A DNA stretch of 62,585 nt from Negaprion brevirostris. Taxonomy: Eukaryota. The number at the start of each line of letters is the position of its first letter. Within the stretch, counting starts at the first letter, position 1. Position numbers and translations under genes: made by a program. Below the pieces are notes generated by a model. The model was given only the letters and a program-made list of their open reading frames with translations. It searched no databases and had not been told where the DNA came from. Of the stretch, positions 25,320-37,594 are shown piece after piece. The stretch covers positions 64,099,167 through 64,161,751 of the forward strand of contig JARDVH010000042.1 in NCBI GenBank assembly GCA_030324005.1. Direction: 5' to 3'.

Positions 25320-26330
25320 GCAACACCAACGATCTATCGTCCACGAGTGTCCTTTCTGCAAATGAGTGAGACGCAGTACAAAGCAAGGGTGCAATTCTCC
25401 AGAGATCTGGTCCACCACCTATGCCACATGTTCTGAGAAGACTTGTTGCCATGTGGGTTTGGAGGCTTCCCGTGTCAGTGTCCCTGAAGGTGATGACAGC
25501 TATTTCATTGCTCCTGTGTCACTCCAGGGAGCATCTGGGGACTTGTGTGGCACTTCTTAGTCAACGACACATTGATACATACAAAAGATGACTAATGCCC
25601 TTTACAGAAGTGCCCATCATTATATAAACTATGCACTGGATGAGGATAGCTTGACTCAGAGTCTCATGGGCTTTGCAGCTGTGTGAGTGTTCCCATAGTG
25701 CAGGGAGAAATATACTCCAACCCTGTGGTAAGCAGGCTCCCTGACAGCAGCCCTTGGTGTTTGTTAACCACAAGAGTCTCCAATCCATCAATGTGCAGTT
25801 GTTTTGTGACCATCAAAAGTGAATACCGCACATTTGTGGATAGTTCTCTGGGAATTGCCATGATTCCTAAATCCTCAGTCATTCCCAGGTGCCTGAGATC
25901 TTTGAGGGGATGGTTGCTGGGGGATAAATGTTATCCACTGAAGCACTGTCTCATGATTCTGTTGCGCTGCCCTCGGACTCCAGCCATGGAAAGGTACAAC
26001 GCTGCTCATGCCCCCACACAGTCCTTCATAGAGAAGACCATAGGACTGTCAGATGCCTTGACCACTCAAGTGACTCTTTACAATACAGACCGAAGAGGNN
26101 NNNNNNNNNNNNNNNNNNNNNNNNNNNNNNNNNNNNNNNNNNNNNNNNNNNNNNNNNNNNNNNNNNNNNNNNNNNNNNNNNNNNNNNNNNNNNNNNNNNN
26201 NNNNNNNNNNNNNNNNNNNNNNNNNNNNNNNNNNNNNNNNNNNNNNNNNNNNNNNNNNNNNNATGAGTGCACTGATACCATTGAGGAGGAGAGACATGGG
26301 AGCCATACCCGTGACATCCTCATAGCTGAA
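25320..26330 (+). mobile_element. PIF/Harbinger (HARBI1-like) DDE transposase remnant, inactivated
   Basis: Pieces in different frames: IYRPRVSFLQMSETQYKARVQFSRDLVHHLCHM, LQGASGDLCGTS* and LRGWLLGDKCYPLKHCLMILLRCPRTPAMERYNAAHAPTQSFIEKTIGL. These match the Harbinger LGDxGYP...YNxAH..TR..IE motifs; stops, frameshifts and a gap are present. Confidence 0.85.
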
Positions 26331-26769
26331 TGATCCAAGAAGTGTAAAACTAAATACAATCATCAGGAGACATCTCCTCAAATTCTCCCATTTATTTTGT
26401 GACTTCTGAGGGTATAGCCAAACCACCACTGAGAAGAAATGTCCTGCATTCACACTTGGGCCCTAAAAGCTCATCACTCAGAGCAGGTGTGGTCCTATGT
26501 GACTGACATCCTGATTGTACCCACCAGAGTGTATGGCCATGCGGTGCAGGGCTGAGTGCAAATCCAGCAGACCAATCATTTTTATGGAATTCTAAATCAA
26601 TGAGTGCATTGTCATGCAATGAATTACATATCAATTTGTGTCCTTTGATATCACAGAGGGACTCAATGAAGCACCACCAAGCAGCCATTCAGGAGAAAGC
26701 GGTGATCCTCACAGGTAAGTGGATGGTTAATCAGGATGAGCACTAACAGCACTGTAGGTATACCTAAAC

Positions 26770-26885
26770 CTCAGAGATTGCAGCGGTTCAAGAAGGCAAC
26801 ATACCACCACCTTCTAAAGGGCAACCAGGAATGGGCAATAAATACTGGCCTTGTTAGTGAAGCCCACAAATGAATTACAAAAAGG
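26770..26885 (+). mobile_element. LINE/SINE 3' tail fragment (CR1/L2 group)
   Basis: 'gcagcggttcaagaaggca...caccaccttctaaagggcaa...gggcaataaat-ctggcc...gcccaca...tgaat' resembles a tail I recognise as common in elasmobranch repeats. Confidence 0.55.
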
Positions 26886-27859
26886 ATATCTCTTCTGTTT
26901 CTTATTTCATTCAAACTTGCTGTCTCCATTGTTCCATTCTTCAACTTTTACTATGTCAAATTCAGATCCACATAACTTCTAACACGTCTTTCATCTACAT
27001 GCACCACCCCTTTAAGACGCGCGGATTAACTTTACATGGTGCTTGGATATTATGAGTTTGGATCCCTGCTGATGAGTGCAGCCAATGAACAGCACAATCA
27101 TCGATCATTCTAACAGCAGGCAGGACAAAGTTGCTATGCTGCCTTCATTGCATTCAATAGACATGGCTTAATTGTACATCGTGATTCCTATGCCCATTTT
27201 GGGGACTATGCTACTCAGTCCCCACGTTTCTTTTGTGAATTGCTGAAGAAAATACTGATTCAGAAGAGACTGCATACATTTCATTGTATTAAGGAGAGGA
27301 TGCATATTCTCTTTCAGTTATAGCTATCCTAACCATAATCCTCTTGCAACTGTTATTTCATTTAGATCTTGTGTACCCATTAAGACACAACCATTACTGA
27401 ATGATGTGCAAGTGGATTCTTTCTTGCTTTCTGTTACATATTGCAGAAGTGGTGATATGCATAAAGTAGCAAATATTTTACTTAGGCACAGTTTATTTTC
27501 CCTTAGAGAATTATTCCAGATGGACTGCTTTGCACTATAATTAAATCCAGCACTTTACACATTGGCTACTAATGCAATTTTGTGAAGATTTTGATTATGG
27601 TGCCTACTTCAATAGAACTGTGAACATTGAAATGGCAGGATAAGGACATGATGAGAAAATGTGTATGTTTATTAAAATGCTATGCTAAAAAATGACAGGA
27701 TGCAAATGACAAAATTAGTGATGAGCATTTTGTTTTCTGAAGAGGGAGACGACAGTTGAGCTGTCGAGATTTATGTTTCAACATTAACATTTCATTGAGA
27801 AGTGAGAAATTGAATCTGATGCTGCGTTAATGTAGAATGGATGTAACTAACCTCTGAAT

Positions 27860-28350
27860 TTGAGATCTGCATCGCTGATGGAGGAACTAAGGAGAAAAGC
27901 CATGGAGGGGTTAGAAAATATGGACAGAGATTTTGAAGTTGATTTACTAAAGAACAGGGAATCCATAAGGCTGGGTGAAGAGGGTGCAACATGTGCAAGG
28001 CATTATTTGAGTCATGTAATGGCATCCTGGATGAAATTTCCTGTGGAAGATAAAGGTGGGGAATCCAAAGCAGGAACTCGACAAATCAAACCTTGGAGAT
28101 CATCAAGGTTTCATCAGCAGATGGGGTAACAAGGATAAATTGTATGTGTGCAACACTGAAAAAGTGGCAAAAGAAGAATTTGGAAGTGGAATGGAGAAAG
28201 CACAGGACGTTTAACTCAGGACTGAAGACAACAAGAAATTTTAGCACTTGTGACTACATTCTGAGTGAGCAATCAAGAAATTGATAAAATTAGCTGGAGA
28301 AGAAAGCAAGTAGTGGAGAGAACTAAACAAGGTGGTTTGAGTTTTACTGA
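27860..28350 (-). mobile_element. Old L2-like LINE fragment
   Basis: Purine-rich segment collinear with 42990-43200 (ccatggagggg-ttagaaaat...gagatttt); highly decayed. Confidence 0.45.
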
Positions 28351-29929
28351 TGAGGGAATGAAAAGAGGGCAACTCTTGATTTAATTAGATCAAACCTGAA
28401 AAATATAGACACAGCTTGCATTTCATGTAAAATATGCAAATTTCATCTTGATTTTCCTGCATAAATGTAATGGGGGGATGTTGTACCATCTCCCTGAATT
28501 CCGCATGGGTAAGTCAGCCTAGATACTGGGCCCTGTATCGCTGTCATGGCTGTTGGCCAGGTTCAGCAGCCCTGCCAACTGGTGGCATTAATGATGGAGG
28601 GCATAAAGTGAGTGGACTTTTCTGTGCCAAGGATTCCCTTAGGATTCTGGAGCATTTTCAGCGGGCTCACAAGGGAAGGGGAGGTGGTGAGGTGAGCGTT
28701 GCGGACACAGAGGATGGCATGCTGGCTCTCAAGCAATGGGAAAAATACGTGAAAACTGGGAAATAAGCTAGAACTGGTCTTGTCCACCTTAAAATGGGGT
28801 GCCAGTTTGGCCCAGTACTCATATTTCTTAGTTCTCACCATTCTATCCCATTGGGGATGCTGGATTGAGGTATTGAGCTCTTAAAAGTTGACTTATATTG
28901 TCTTCTCAAAGTAACTTTTCTGACTTAATATATTTGGTGCCATGGAATAAAGAGTTATGAACTTCAGGTGCTTGCTGTGTTTTTGCCTGCAATACATAAT
29001 CATTTTACAGATCAACCTATCGGCTATTCCTTTTGAATAATGTATGAACAATGTATGGTGGTTGCATGTGGAGAAATCATACATCCTCACTAATCTATGA
29101 ATCAAATAATTCTTTTGGAATTATGTTATACGATTTTAATAATTAACTGTCCTTATGCAAATCATAAATGGGAATGAATTTTGACAGGAATATCACATAG
29201 TTGTACATCAGCTAACAAGCTATCAATCCATAGATTGTTTTACGCATCAGAAAAAAACTACAGTGCTAAAGGGGATTANNNNNNNNNNTAGAAGTATATG
29301 TTTTTGATATCGGCATGGATATAGAAGAAAGTGAGTTTGTCTTTGAATTAACTAAAAATTAAGTCACAGCAAAGGAACTACCAGTCAACCTGCTTTATCA
29401 CTCTAATGAACCTGACCTCATTATATAAAATAACATCACAAAAATTATCACTTTACCTGTAATGGAGACAGGTACTCCTCCACTCTTTAATTTTAAATTA
29501 TTATCTCCCCTTGATATTAGAAGCAAATTATTCAGAGCTATTGATGCAGTAGAACTGGCAAAATAGTTCACAAGTGGGGAAAATATAAAGGAAAGAATTT
29601 CTGCGTTATTATTTAGTTTAATGAAAGTTAAATGAGAAATTATGAATTGATCATAAATTGCTAAGTAATTCAGAGCACTGCACCCCCTTTGTGATACAAT
29701 GGATACAATGATTGCAGGTATCCAACAGGTTGGTGTGACGTGTCTAGTGTGTACGTGGAAAGAGTTAGTATGTTTTCCACGTTTATGTGTTAGGTTGCTT
29801 CTCATTTGCAGCCTACACCACTGGCTAGCAGCAATACAAAGCAAAGAGTCACATGTCTAAGTCTCTCTCTGTCTGACTCTGCATCAGCAAGTCCTCAGCC
29901 ATGGCCCCTCATGGTGACAGAAGGAAACT

Positions 29930-32010
29930 GGATCTCTAAGGATCCTAGGTCAATGCTTCAGAGGAGCTCTAGGCCCCAGACATGCAGTGTGTAAGCTCAC
30001 TTGTCACTCTTGAACCAAACTTCCAGCTATGGGAGATGGCTTGTGGATACCTAAGAGAGAGTTGACGACTAAGGGAGTTATCCCTGACCAAACAATCTGG
30101 AATGGAGCCCAAAGATGAACTAATGCCTAAATCCATCATCTTTCTCGAAATTCCTACAACCAGTTTGATGCCAGATGAATGCTTCACATTCCTTTGGTCT
30201 CAATCGGCAAGATCGAAGCTCAGGGTCTCCATAAACTTTTGCCCTGGAGAAGAAACTCCATTTTCATTGCAGAGTATTAACACAACATGGGAGACAGCAG
30301 ACATGAGTGATAAGGCCAATCTGATTTGTGTGAAGAAGGGGTGTGACAGGTTGTGTCTGACAATTGCCCATATCAAGTTGGACAACCCTTTAGTAAGGTG
30401 CTGATATTCTGACCCTTCTGTTTCCAGGGAAACTTGGAACTTAGAATTTCTGGTTAACAAATTAACTGAATCCAACATGCCAAACAAACAATTGAAACAA
30501 GGGAAAAGAAAAAAACTGCTAACTCTTCAATTGGCAAGCTGGAACATCAGGACCATTTGCAGAGGATGGACAGACAATTCGAAGCGAGTCAATAAAGTAT
30601 GCAAAACAGTTGTGATTGAGATAGAACTCGATAGGCTGAACATTGGCAGAGCATTCCTACGAGAGACCAGGTTCACTGAGAGCAGATCACTGAAAGAAAA
30701 ACATTACACATTCATCCAACAGGGCAAATCTTCAGAAAAAAAAACATGTGAGCAAGGTATAGGCCTTACTGTAAATAACTCATTACCTTCAGTGATAGGA
30801 CAAGTTATAGGTGGTTCAGAACATGTTCTCTACATCTGCCTCTCAACTCAAACAAGGTCAGTTAACCTCATGATTATTTGTGCTGCAGTGCTGTGCTGAC
30901 CACAGAGGCAAAATAACAACTCTGTGAGGAGCTTGACACTATTATCAGCAGCATCCCTTAGTCAGAACATCTTTACCTACTAGGGAATTTCAACACCAGA
31001 GTGGATGCAGACCGTAAAGCATGGCAGTCCTGCCTCGGACATGTTGTATATGTGATGTAAAGATTGTGAACAAGTATGAGAGCAAAGGTACCACAGAGAC
31101 TGCAACAACTTTCAAGATATCTCCCTGCTGGATGTTGAGGGAAAAGTGCCTGTGTTGCCCTTGTGAGACTGTAGATCCTGGCTGAACTCATCTACCCAAA
31201 TTCCTAATGCCAACTTTCAGAACAGGAAGATCTACAATTGCCATATTCTTAGTCTGGCAGCTGCAAGAGAAATGCTATTATTAAAGGAGACCATTATCTA
31301 ATCCCTTCATCAATATCACTGCATTAGATATGTGACCAGAACTGGTCTATTAAGCTACTGGAGAAAATTGGCTGCCTGGTGAATTGCTCAATGCGGTCTC
31401 CTCTTTCTATGACTACACAAAGGTAAGATCAACAATGATGGAACAATGTTATAACCCATTGAACCTTTTGTGGTCTGCAGTGCAGTCAAATAGGGCTAAG
31501 TTCCGACACCAACACTCTTCAGAATATTCCTCTATTGCTGCTGTCATTTGCAGCCATTGCTTTCAGGTAATCTAAAGAGGATACTTAGTTACGCACCAGA
31601 ATTGACAGAAAGCTGCTCAAACTCGCCTGCCCAAGATCCAGGACAAAGATACAGTAAGTCCTCATCAAGATAATTGTTCTATGCTGACAATGTCACACTA
31701 TCATCCAAAACTGAAGCAAATAGACTCTCTTACACGTACAGAGTTTGGTTTAATCATCAGCATCAGTAAGATAAATGTTACGGTGCAAGATGTTCCCTTG
31801 CCACCATCTATCAGCATTGACAATGTGATGCTGGAGGTGGTTGATAATATCCCATATCTAAGCTCCACAGTTAACAGCAATCTGGCACATGAGTATAGTA
31901 CAGCAACCTGATTGAGAACACCAAACTGCAAGTCTATCAAGCCTGTCTAACCTCACTGTTCTACAGTTTTGAGATGTGGGTAATATATGTTAGGCAGACG
32001 AAAACTTCAA
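29930..32010 (+). mobile_element. Degenerate RTE-clade LINE with internal deletions
   Basis: ORF 30477-30899 'LASWNIRT...ELDRLNI...LRETRF...LKEKHYTF..QGK'; downstream LLGNFNTRV, GRST and LFYADN-like remnants. Confidence 0.8.
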
Positions 32011-32619
32011 CTTATTTAGGATAAGTCCTTGCCTTCTTTTATTTTAAGCTCTACATTTCCAATAACCTGGTCCTTACAAGGCTTCATTGGCTTAGTGTGT
32101 CCCATAAATCATACTGAAGATCCTTATCTGTTAATCTGTCCACCATTTTGAAGGTTTCAGAGTCAATTTGACTGCAAAAATCCAGCCTAGAGTGTGAGTC
32201 AATCTAATAGCAATGTAGCTGTAATAAATCATTCTCAATAAATCTAAACATTGACTCTGTTTTCCCTTTATTGACTGCCTATCAGGAGTATAATCCTTGT
32301 CCACCTTTAAATATCTCAACCACCCTCAATAACATTAATTTTTGAACCTTCTTCAAACCAATGATCCTGTCCATGTTCTTTAGTTGTTTGATGTTGATTT
32401 ACTTTTTGTTCCTAATCAGTTTCCTTCTGGAACACCCTCCCAAAATTCCTAAATGGTATTGTCTCTTCACTCTCAGATCAAAACTCCACAAAATACATTC
32501 ATTTTTAACCAATTCCTTTGAGCTGCCATTTATCTTCATTCCATCTATTTTATTCCATCCTGCTTTGATGTCTTTTTCATGTTTTAATCCTTAAACACTC
32601 TCGTGCAGCTTGTTGATAT

Positions 32620-34440
32620 GATGGCTGAGGAATTTATAATTGAGAACAAGGAAATGGTAGAGCAAATGAACAACTATTTTAGTTCTGTGTTGACAGAAGA
32701 AGACACAAATAAATTCCCAGAAATGCTAAGGAACCAAGGGTCTAGTGAGAAGGAAGAATTGAATGAAATTAGTATGACTAAAAAAAAAAGTGCTGGAGAA
32801 ATTAATAGGACTAAAAGCCAATAAGGGCCTAATAATTTCCATCCCAGGGGATGAAGTGAGTGGCCACGGAAATATTAGATGCATTGGTTGTCACCTTCCA
32901 AAATTCTGTTGATTCTGGAACAATCCCGACAAATTGAAGGGTGGCAAAAATAACCCTTCTATTTAAAAAAGAGGGAAAGAGAAAACAGGAAATTACAGTT
33001 ATCCAAACATCAATAATAGGGAAAATCCTAGAATGTATTACCAAGGATGTGATAACTGGACACTTTAAGAATATCAACAGGATTATACAAAGTCCAGCTT
33101 TGACAAAGGATCATCTGGACTCAAAATATCAGTTCTTTTCTCTCTTTCCAGATGCTGCCAGACCTGCTGAGATTTTCCAGCATTTTCTTTTGGTTTTAGA
33201 CAAAGATAACATAGATTTATGAAAGGGAAATCATGTTTGACATTTCTACTGGATCTTTTGACGATGTAACTCATAGAATAGATACTAATGGACCAATAGA
33301 TGTAGCATATTTGGATCTTCAAAAAGCTTTTGATAAGCTCCCACACAGAGGTTAGTATGTAAAATCAAAGTCTGGGATTAGGGGTAATATATTGGCATGG
33401 ATTGAAAATTGGTTAACAGACCAAAAACAGAAAATAGGAATAATGCTTGTTTTGGAGAGGCAGGCAATGGCTGTTGGCGTCCCATAGGGATTAGTGCTTG
33501 GGCTCCAGCTTTTCACAATACACATCAATGACTTGGATGAGGGAACCAAATGTATTATTTCCAAGTTTACTAATGACAGAAAACTTGGTGGGAATGTGAG
33601 TGATGAGGAGGATGTTAAGAGGCTTCAAGGTGATTTAGAAAAGTTGAGTGAGTGGGAAAGTGCATGGTGGATGCAGTAATATTTGGNNNNNNNNNNNNNN
33701 NNNNNNNNNNNNNNNNNNNNNNNNNNNNNNNNNNNNNNNNNNNNNNNNNNNNNNNNNNNNNNNNNNNNNNNNNNNNNNNNNNNNNNNNNNNNNNTATCAG
33801 TCATTGAAAGCAAGCATGCAGGTATATCAAGCAGTTAGGAAGGCAAATGATATATTGACCTTCACTGCAAGTGGATTTGAGTACAGGGGCAAAGATGTCT
33901 AACTGCAGGTGTAAAGGGCCTTGGTGCGACCACATCTGTATACTGAGTGCAGTTTTGTTTTCCTTATTTAAGAAAATATAGATTTGCCATCCAGGGAGTG
34001 CAGTGAACGTTCACCAGACTGAATCCTGGGATGGCTGGATTGTCTTGTGAGGAGAGTTGGGTTGACTGGACATGTATTCACTGGAATTTCAAAGAATCAG
34101 AGGGGAGCTTATTGAAACATGTAAAATTTTGACAGGACTGGACAGAGATATTATTTCCTCTGGCTGTGGTCTAGAACAAGGAGATCACAGTCTCAGGATA
34201 TGGGGTAGGCTATTTAGGATTGAGGTGAGGAGAATCTCCTACATTCAAAGGGAAATGAACCCGTGGAGACCAAGTCATTGAATATATTTGAGAAGGAAAT
34301 AGATAGATGTCTAGACTCTAAAAGTATCCAAGGGGAGAATGCAAGAGATAGAGGACCACACTTCATTATATTGAAGTGGAGCAGCCTTGAAGGGCCAAAT
34401 GATCTATTCCTGCTCCTATTTTCTAAGTTTCTATGTACCC
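32620..34440 (+). mobile_element. CR1 LINE (RT region to 3' tail), decayed
   Basis: MNNYFSSVLTEED, ITLLFKKEGKRK, YLDLQKAFDKLPH, LFTIHINDLDEG...SKFTNDRKLGG and YSLEFQRIRGELIE remnants. Confidence 0.9.
33096..33199 (+). mobile_element. Short non-autonomous Penelope-type repeat inserted in CR1
   Basis: 'tttgacaaaggatcatctggactcaaaatatcag...cagatgctgccagacctgctgagattttccagcattttc'; ACAAAG repeated at 33087 and 33200; reverse copy at 54733-54878. Confidence 0.55.
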
Positions 34441-34814
34441 AAACAGGTGGCATTGAATTAAGTGATTGTTTCAAATGCCACTCTGTACTGATTTGAGACC
34501 TGTTCTGAATATATCCCAGGTCTTGTGAAAATTAAACAGTATTCACTGAACACTATTCTGCAATTGGATGTAGCTACCATCATTAGGATTGAGCTGTCAT
34601 TCTATCTGGGTGGCTTGAGTGAGAAGAGGTTCAGGACTAGAAAAAAAACACAATCTGTATTTTCTTTTGACTTTCCTTGAGGGCCCTTTGTGATCTTCTA
34701 GGTCCCACAAGAAAAGCTTTCTCCTCAATTACTATGCAATATCCTGCTTCTTGAAAATGAGATCCATGTAAAATGGCCTTGCAGGTGAATTCCACCACCA
34801 TCCTCCAAGATGTA

Positions 34815-34925
34815 CTGGTAAGGTGCATTGGCCATGCTAAATGCTCCTCCAGTGTACCCGAACAGGTGTCGAAGTGTGGCAACTAGGGGAATTTCACAGT
34901 AACTTCATTGCAGTGTTAATGTAAG
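34815..34925 (+). mobile_element. 3' part of V-SINE (same subtype as 8698-9007)
   Basis: Near-identical to 8866-8973 ('ggtgcattggccatgctaaat...ttcacagtaacttcattgcagtgttaatgtaag'); truncated by a gap. Confidence 0.8.
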
Positions 34926-35468
34926 NNNNNNNNNNNNNNNNNNNNNNNNNNNNNNNNNNNNNNNNNNNNNNNNNNNNNNNNNNNNNNNNNNNNNNNNNNN
35001 NNNNNNNNNNNNNNNNNNNNNNNNNNNNNNNNNNNNNNNNNNNNNNNNNNNNNNNNNNNNNNNNNNNNNNNNNNNNNNNNNNNNNNNNNNNNNNNNNNNN
35101 NNNNNNNNNNNNNNNNNNNNNNNNNNNNNNNNNNNNNNNNNNNNNNNNNNNNNNNNNNNNNNNNNNNNNNNNNNNNNNNNNNNNNNNNNNNNNNNNNNNN
35201 NNNNNNNNNNNNNNNNNNNNNNNNNNNNNNNNNNNNNNNNNNNNNNNNNNNNNNNNNNNNNNNNNNNNNNNNNNNNNNNNNNNNNNNNNNNNNNNNNNNN
35301 NNNNNNNNNNNNNNNNNNNNNNNNNNNNNNNNNNNNNNNNNNNNNNNNNNNNNNNNNNNNNNNNNNNNNNNNNNNNNNNNNNNNNNNNNTTAATTTTAGA
35401 TTCTTCAGTTCCTCTTTTTTGATTATCCCACCCTTTTGTGACTAACTGGACTCCGACACTAACATATA

Positions 35469-35605
35469 GGCTGAAAATCTTCTGTCTCACCAGCTGTGGG
35501 GATCGTAGTGGGTGAGACAGAAAATTTGGCGGCCCACTTAAAGGTTTGTTGAGCTTGGGCGGGAATTTCCGGTCTTGGGGCGCTCACAGATAGAGGATCC
35601 CACCC
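35469..35605. mobile_element. MITE-like TIR element (~135 bp)
   Basis: GGCTGAAAATC...GGATCCCACCC ends, ATA on both flanks (possible 3-bp TSD); related to 42595-42721 and 46491-46618. Confidence 0.5.
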
Positions 35606-36915
35606 ATAGTGTGCGGCAACTATGTTCAGTTTATTTGCCCCAGTCTCTCAGGCTCTTACATTGTATGTTTGTTGTTCATTCAGGTGACAGTTCCTCATTA
35701 CCTTGCCAGCATTGCTGCCTCCTTTCCCTGCATTAACTGAATGAGCTTCAGCTGTGTTATTATTTTAGGCGAATGACAGGTGGCTTTTTTTATCAGACTA
35801 CAAAGTGCTGCAGTCACTGCTGCTGGACTCTGTCCTATTTCTGTAGTTTAGGTGACTGGCATTTCACTACCTGCTTGGCAAAGATCCTCTCATTGCAAAT
35901 GTCAGCCTTCACTTCAGTGGTGTTGTTTTGATTATCCAGGACTGTGATTCATCATTGCCTTACCTTGCCTCCATGTTCACATGAATTGACTGTGGTGTCT
36001 GTATGATATACTCTGATATGCAAATTGGTGTCTTTCAAAATTTTATTTTTATCCTGGAATATTTAATGTTAGGGTGAAAAAAATGACTGCATTGCCTAAT
36101 CTAAGCATTGAGGGCAGAGCATGAACACTTAATCTGCGTGTCTGAAGTTTCTCTCTCAGCCATTTTAATGAAAATGTTAACTCATTTCATTGAAACTGCT
36201 TATTGCCTCCACTATGTTAGATATGCTTGTTCTGGGAAATAGAATACTTTTTTTAAAATTACATACACCCAGGTTCGTTTTTATATCTTGGCAGATTTTA
36301 GATTTGTGGGTGTGAGTTGGAAACTCACTTAGTGCTGCAAACTAGACTTGGTCTATTTTAATTTTTGCACCTCACTAACATGCCACTGGTCCATCAGCAG
36401 TTTGCAGTAGAAAATTATACAGTGGGTCTTGCATACTCATCATTCACCTAGCCTCAAAAAGGAAAAAACAATTTTAACTTTCTTGACTTCTTCTAGGGGT
36501 GACCCTCCTATGAGGGGCAAATGAACTCATTACCTCCAGTATCTCCTGCATATTTTTGTGCACTTAGAGTTAAAATCAGTGGCAGCATCAATAATTCCTG
36601 TGTGAAATATAACAATAGTTGGCGATAAGGTAAAACTTCTTTGGTTGTGTTCATCCAGTATAAGATGCAGCTCCCTCATACCATTTTCCAAGAGGGAATT
36701 TTGCAGTACACTGCACATTAGCAAGGCATGTTGTCAGTAGTAGCTGATCTGGAATTCTTCCTGTTCCTTCCATGGACAATTAGAGCTTTGGAAGGATTAG
36801 CTGATCAATTATCAAACTGCCTGTCTGTATCATGAGCAGTCCCGCCATGGCCCACAATCCCTGAGTGTGATTTGAATGAAAAGGTTCTGGCTCCTAGTCA
36901 ATAATTAAACTCACT

Positions 36916-37175
36916 TGTAGGAGGATGTGTGCATAGCATACAGATATAATACTTGGGGAGGGATTAAATCTTACAGTAGCCACTGAGCATGTGCATTAAG
37001 AGTTATTACAATATAATATCACATAAAAGATAATTAGGTGAACCTGAGAGATGGGCAGTAGCTATGTCCTCATGCTTTGTAATCCGGTTCATAGTTGAGT
37101 ATGTAAATAAAGGTTTATTTGAAAAAGGATCTGTGCCTCTAACTATGTCTCTTGATGAGTGTAAGACACCCAACA
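36916..37175 (+). mobile_element. Solo LTR-like element
   Basis: TGTAGG...CCAACA ends with AATAAA about 65 nt before the end; same organisation as the 7.1 and 10.6 kb elements. Confidence 0.45.
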
Positions 37176-37319
37176 TCTTCCCAGATGCCCAACAGTAACA
37201 GACTATTGAGTTCCAAGATCTCCTAAAGCAACTTCTACTTTGTTTTCATGATATGTTTCAACTCCAGCCTCGGAAGAACACCTGCCTACTCAAACAGTTG
37301 AATGCTCTTTTACCATTGA

Positions 37320-37575
37320 ACCATAGAATACTTAAAGTGCAGAAGGGATCCGTTCGACCCATCAATCCAGCACCAATTCTCCAAAACAGCATCTTACCCA
37401 GGTCCACCTCTCCGTCCTATCACCGTAACCCTGCATTTAGCATGGCTAATCCACCTAACCTGCACATCTTTGGACTGTAGGAGGAAACCCACGCAGACAT
37501 GGGGAGAACATGTAAACTCTACACAGTCACCCAAGGACACAAGGAATCAAACTCAGGCAGCAGTTGTAACCACTT
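37320..37575 (-). mobile_element. HE1-like V-SINE
   Basis: 'catttagcatggctaatccacctaacctgcacatctttggactgt...gaggaaacccacgcagacatggggagaac' with a CR1-type tail. Confidence 0.85.
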
Positions 37576-37594
37576 GTAAATTCTGTATCAGCTA

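Noticed and set aside
36534-36597. Minus-strand 64-nt AG/GT-bounded segment
   Set aside because: Donor is moderate, the peptide is unrecognised, and it has a stop in the frame that would fit the neighbouring candidate.
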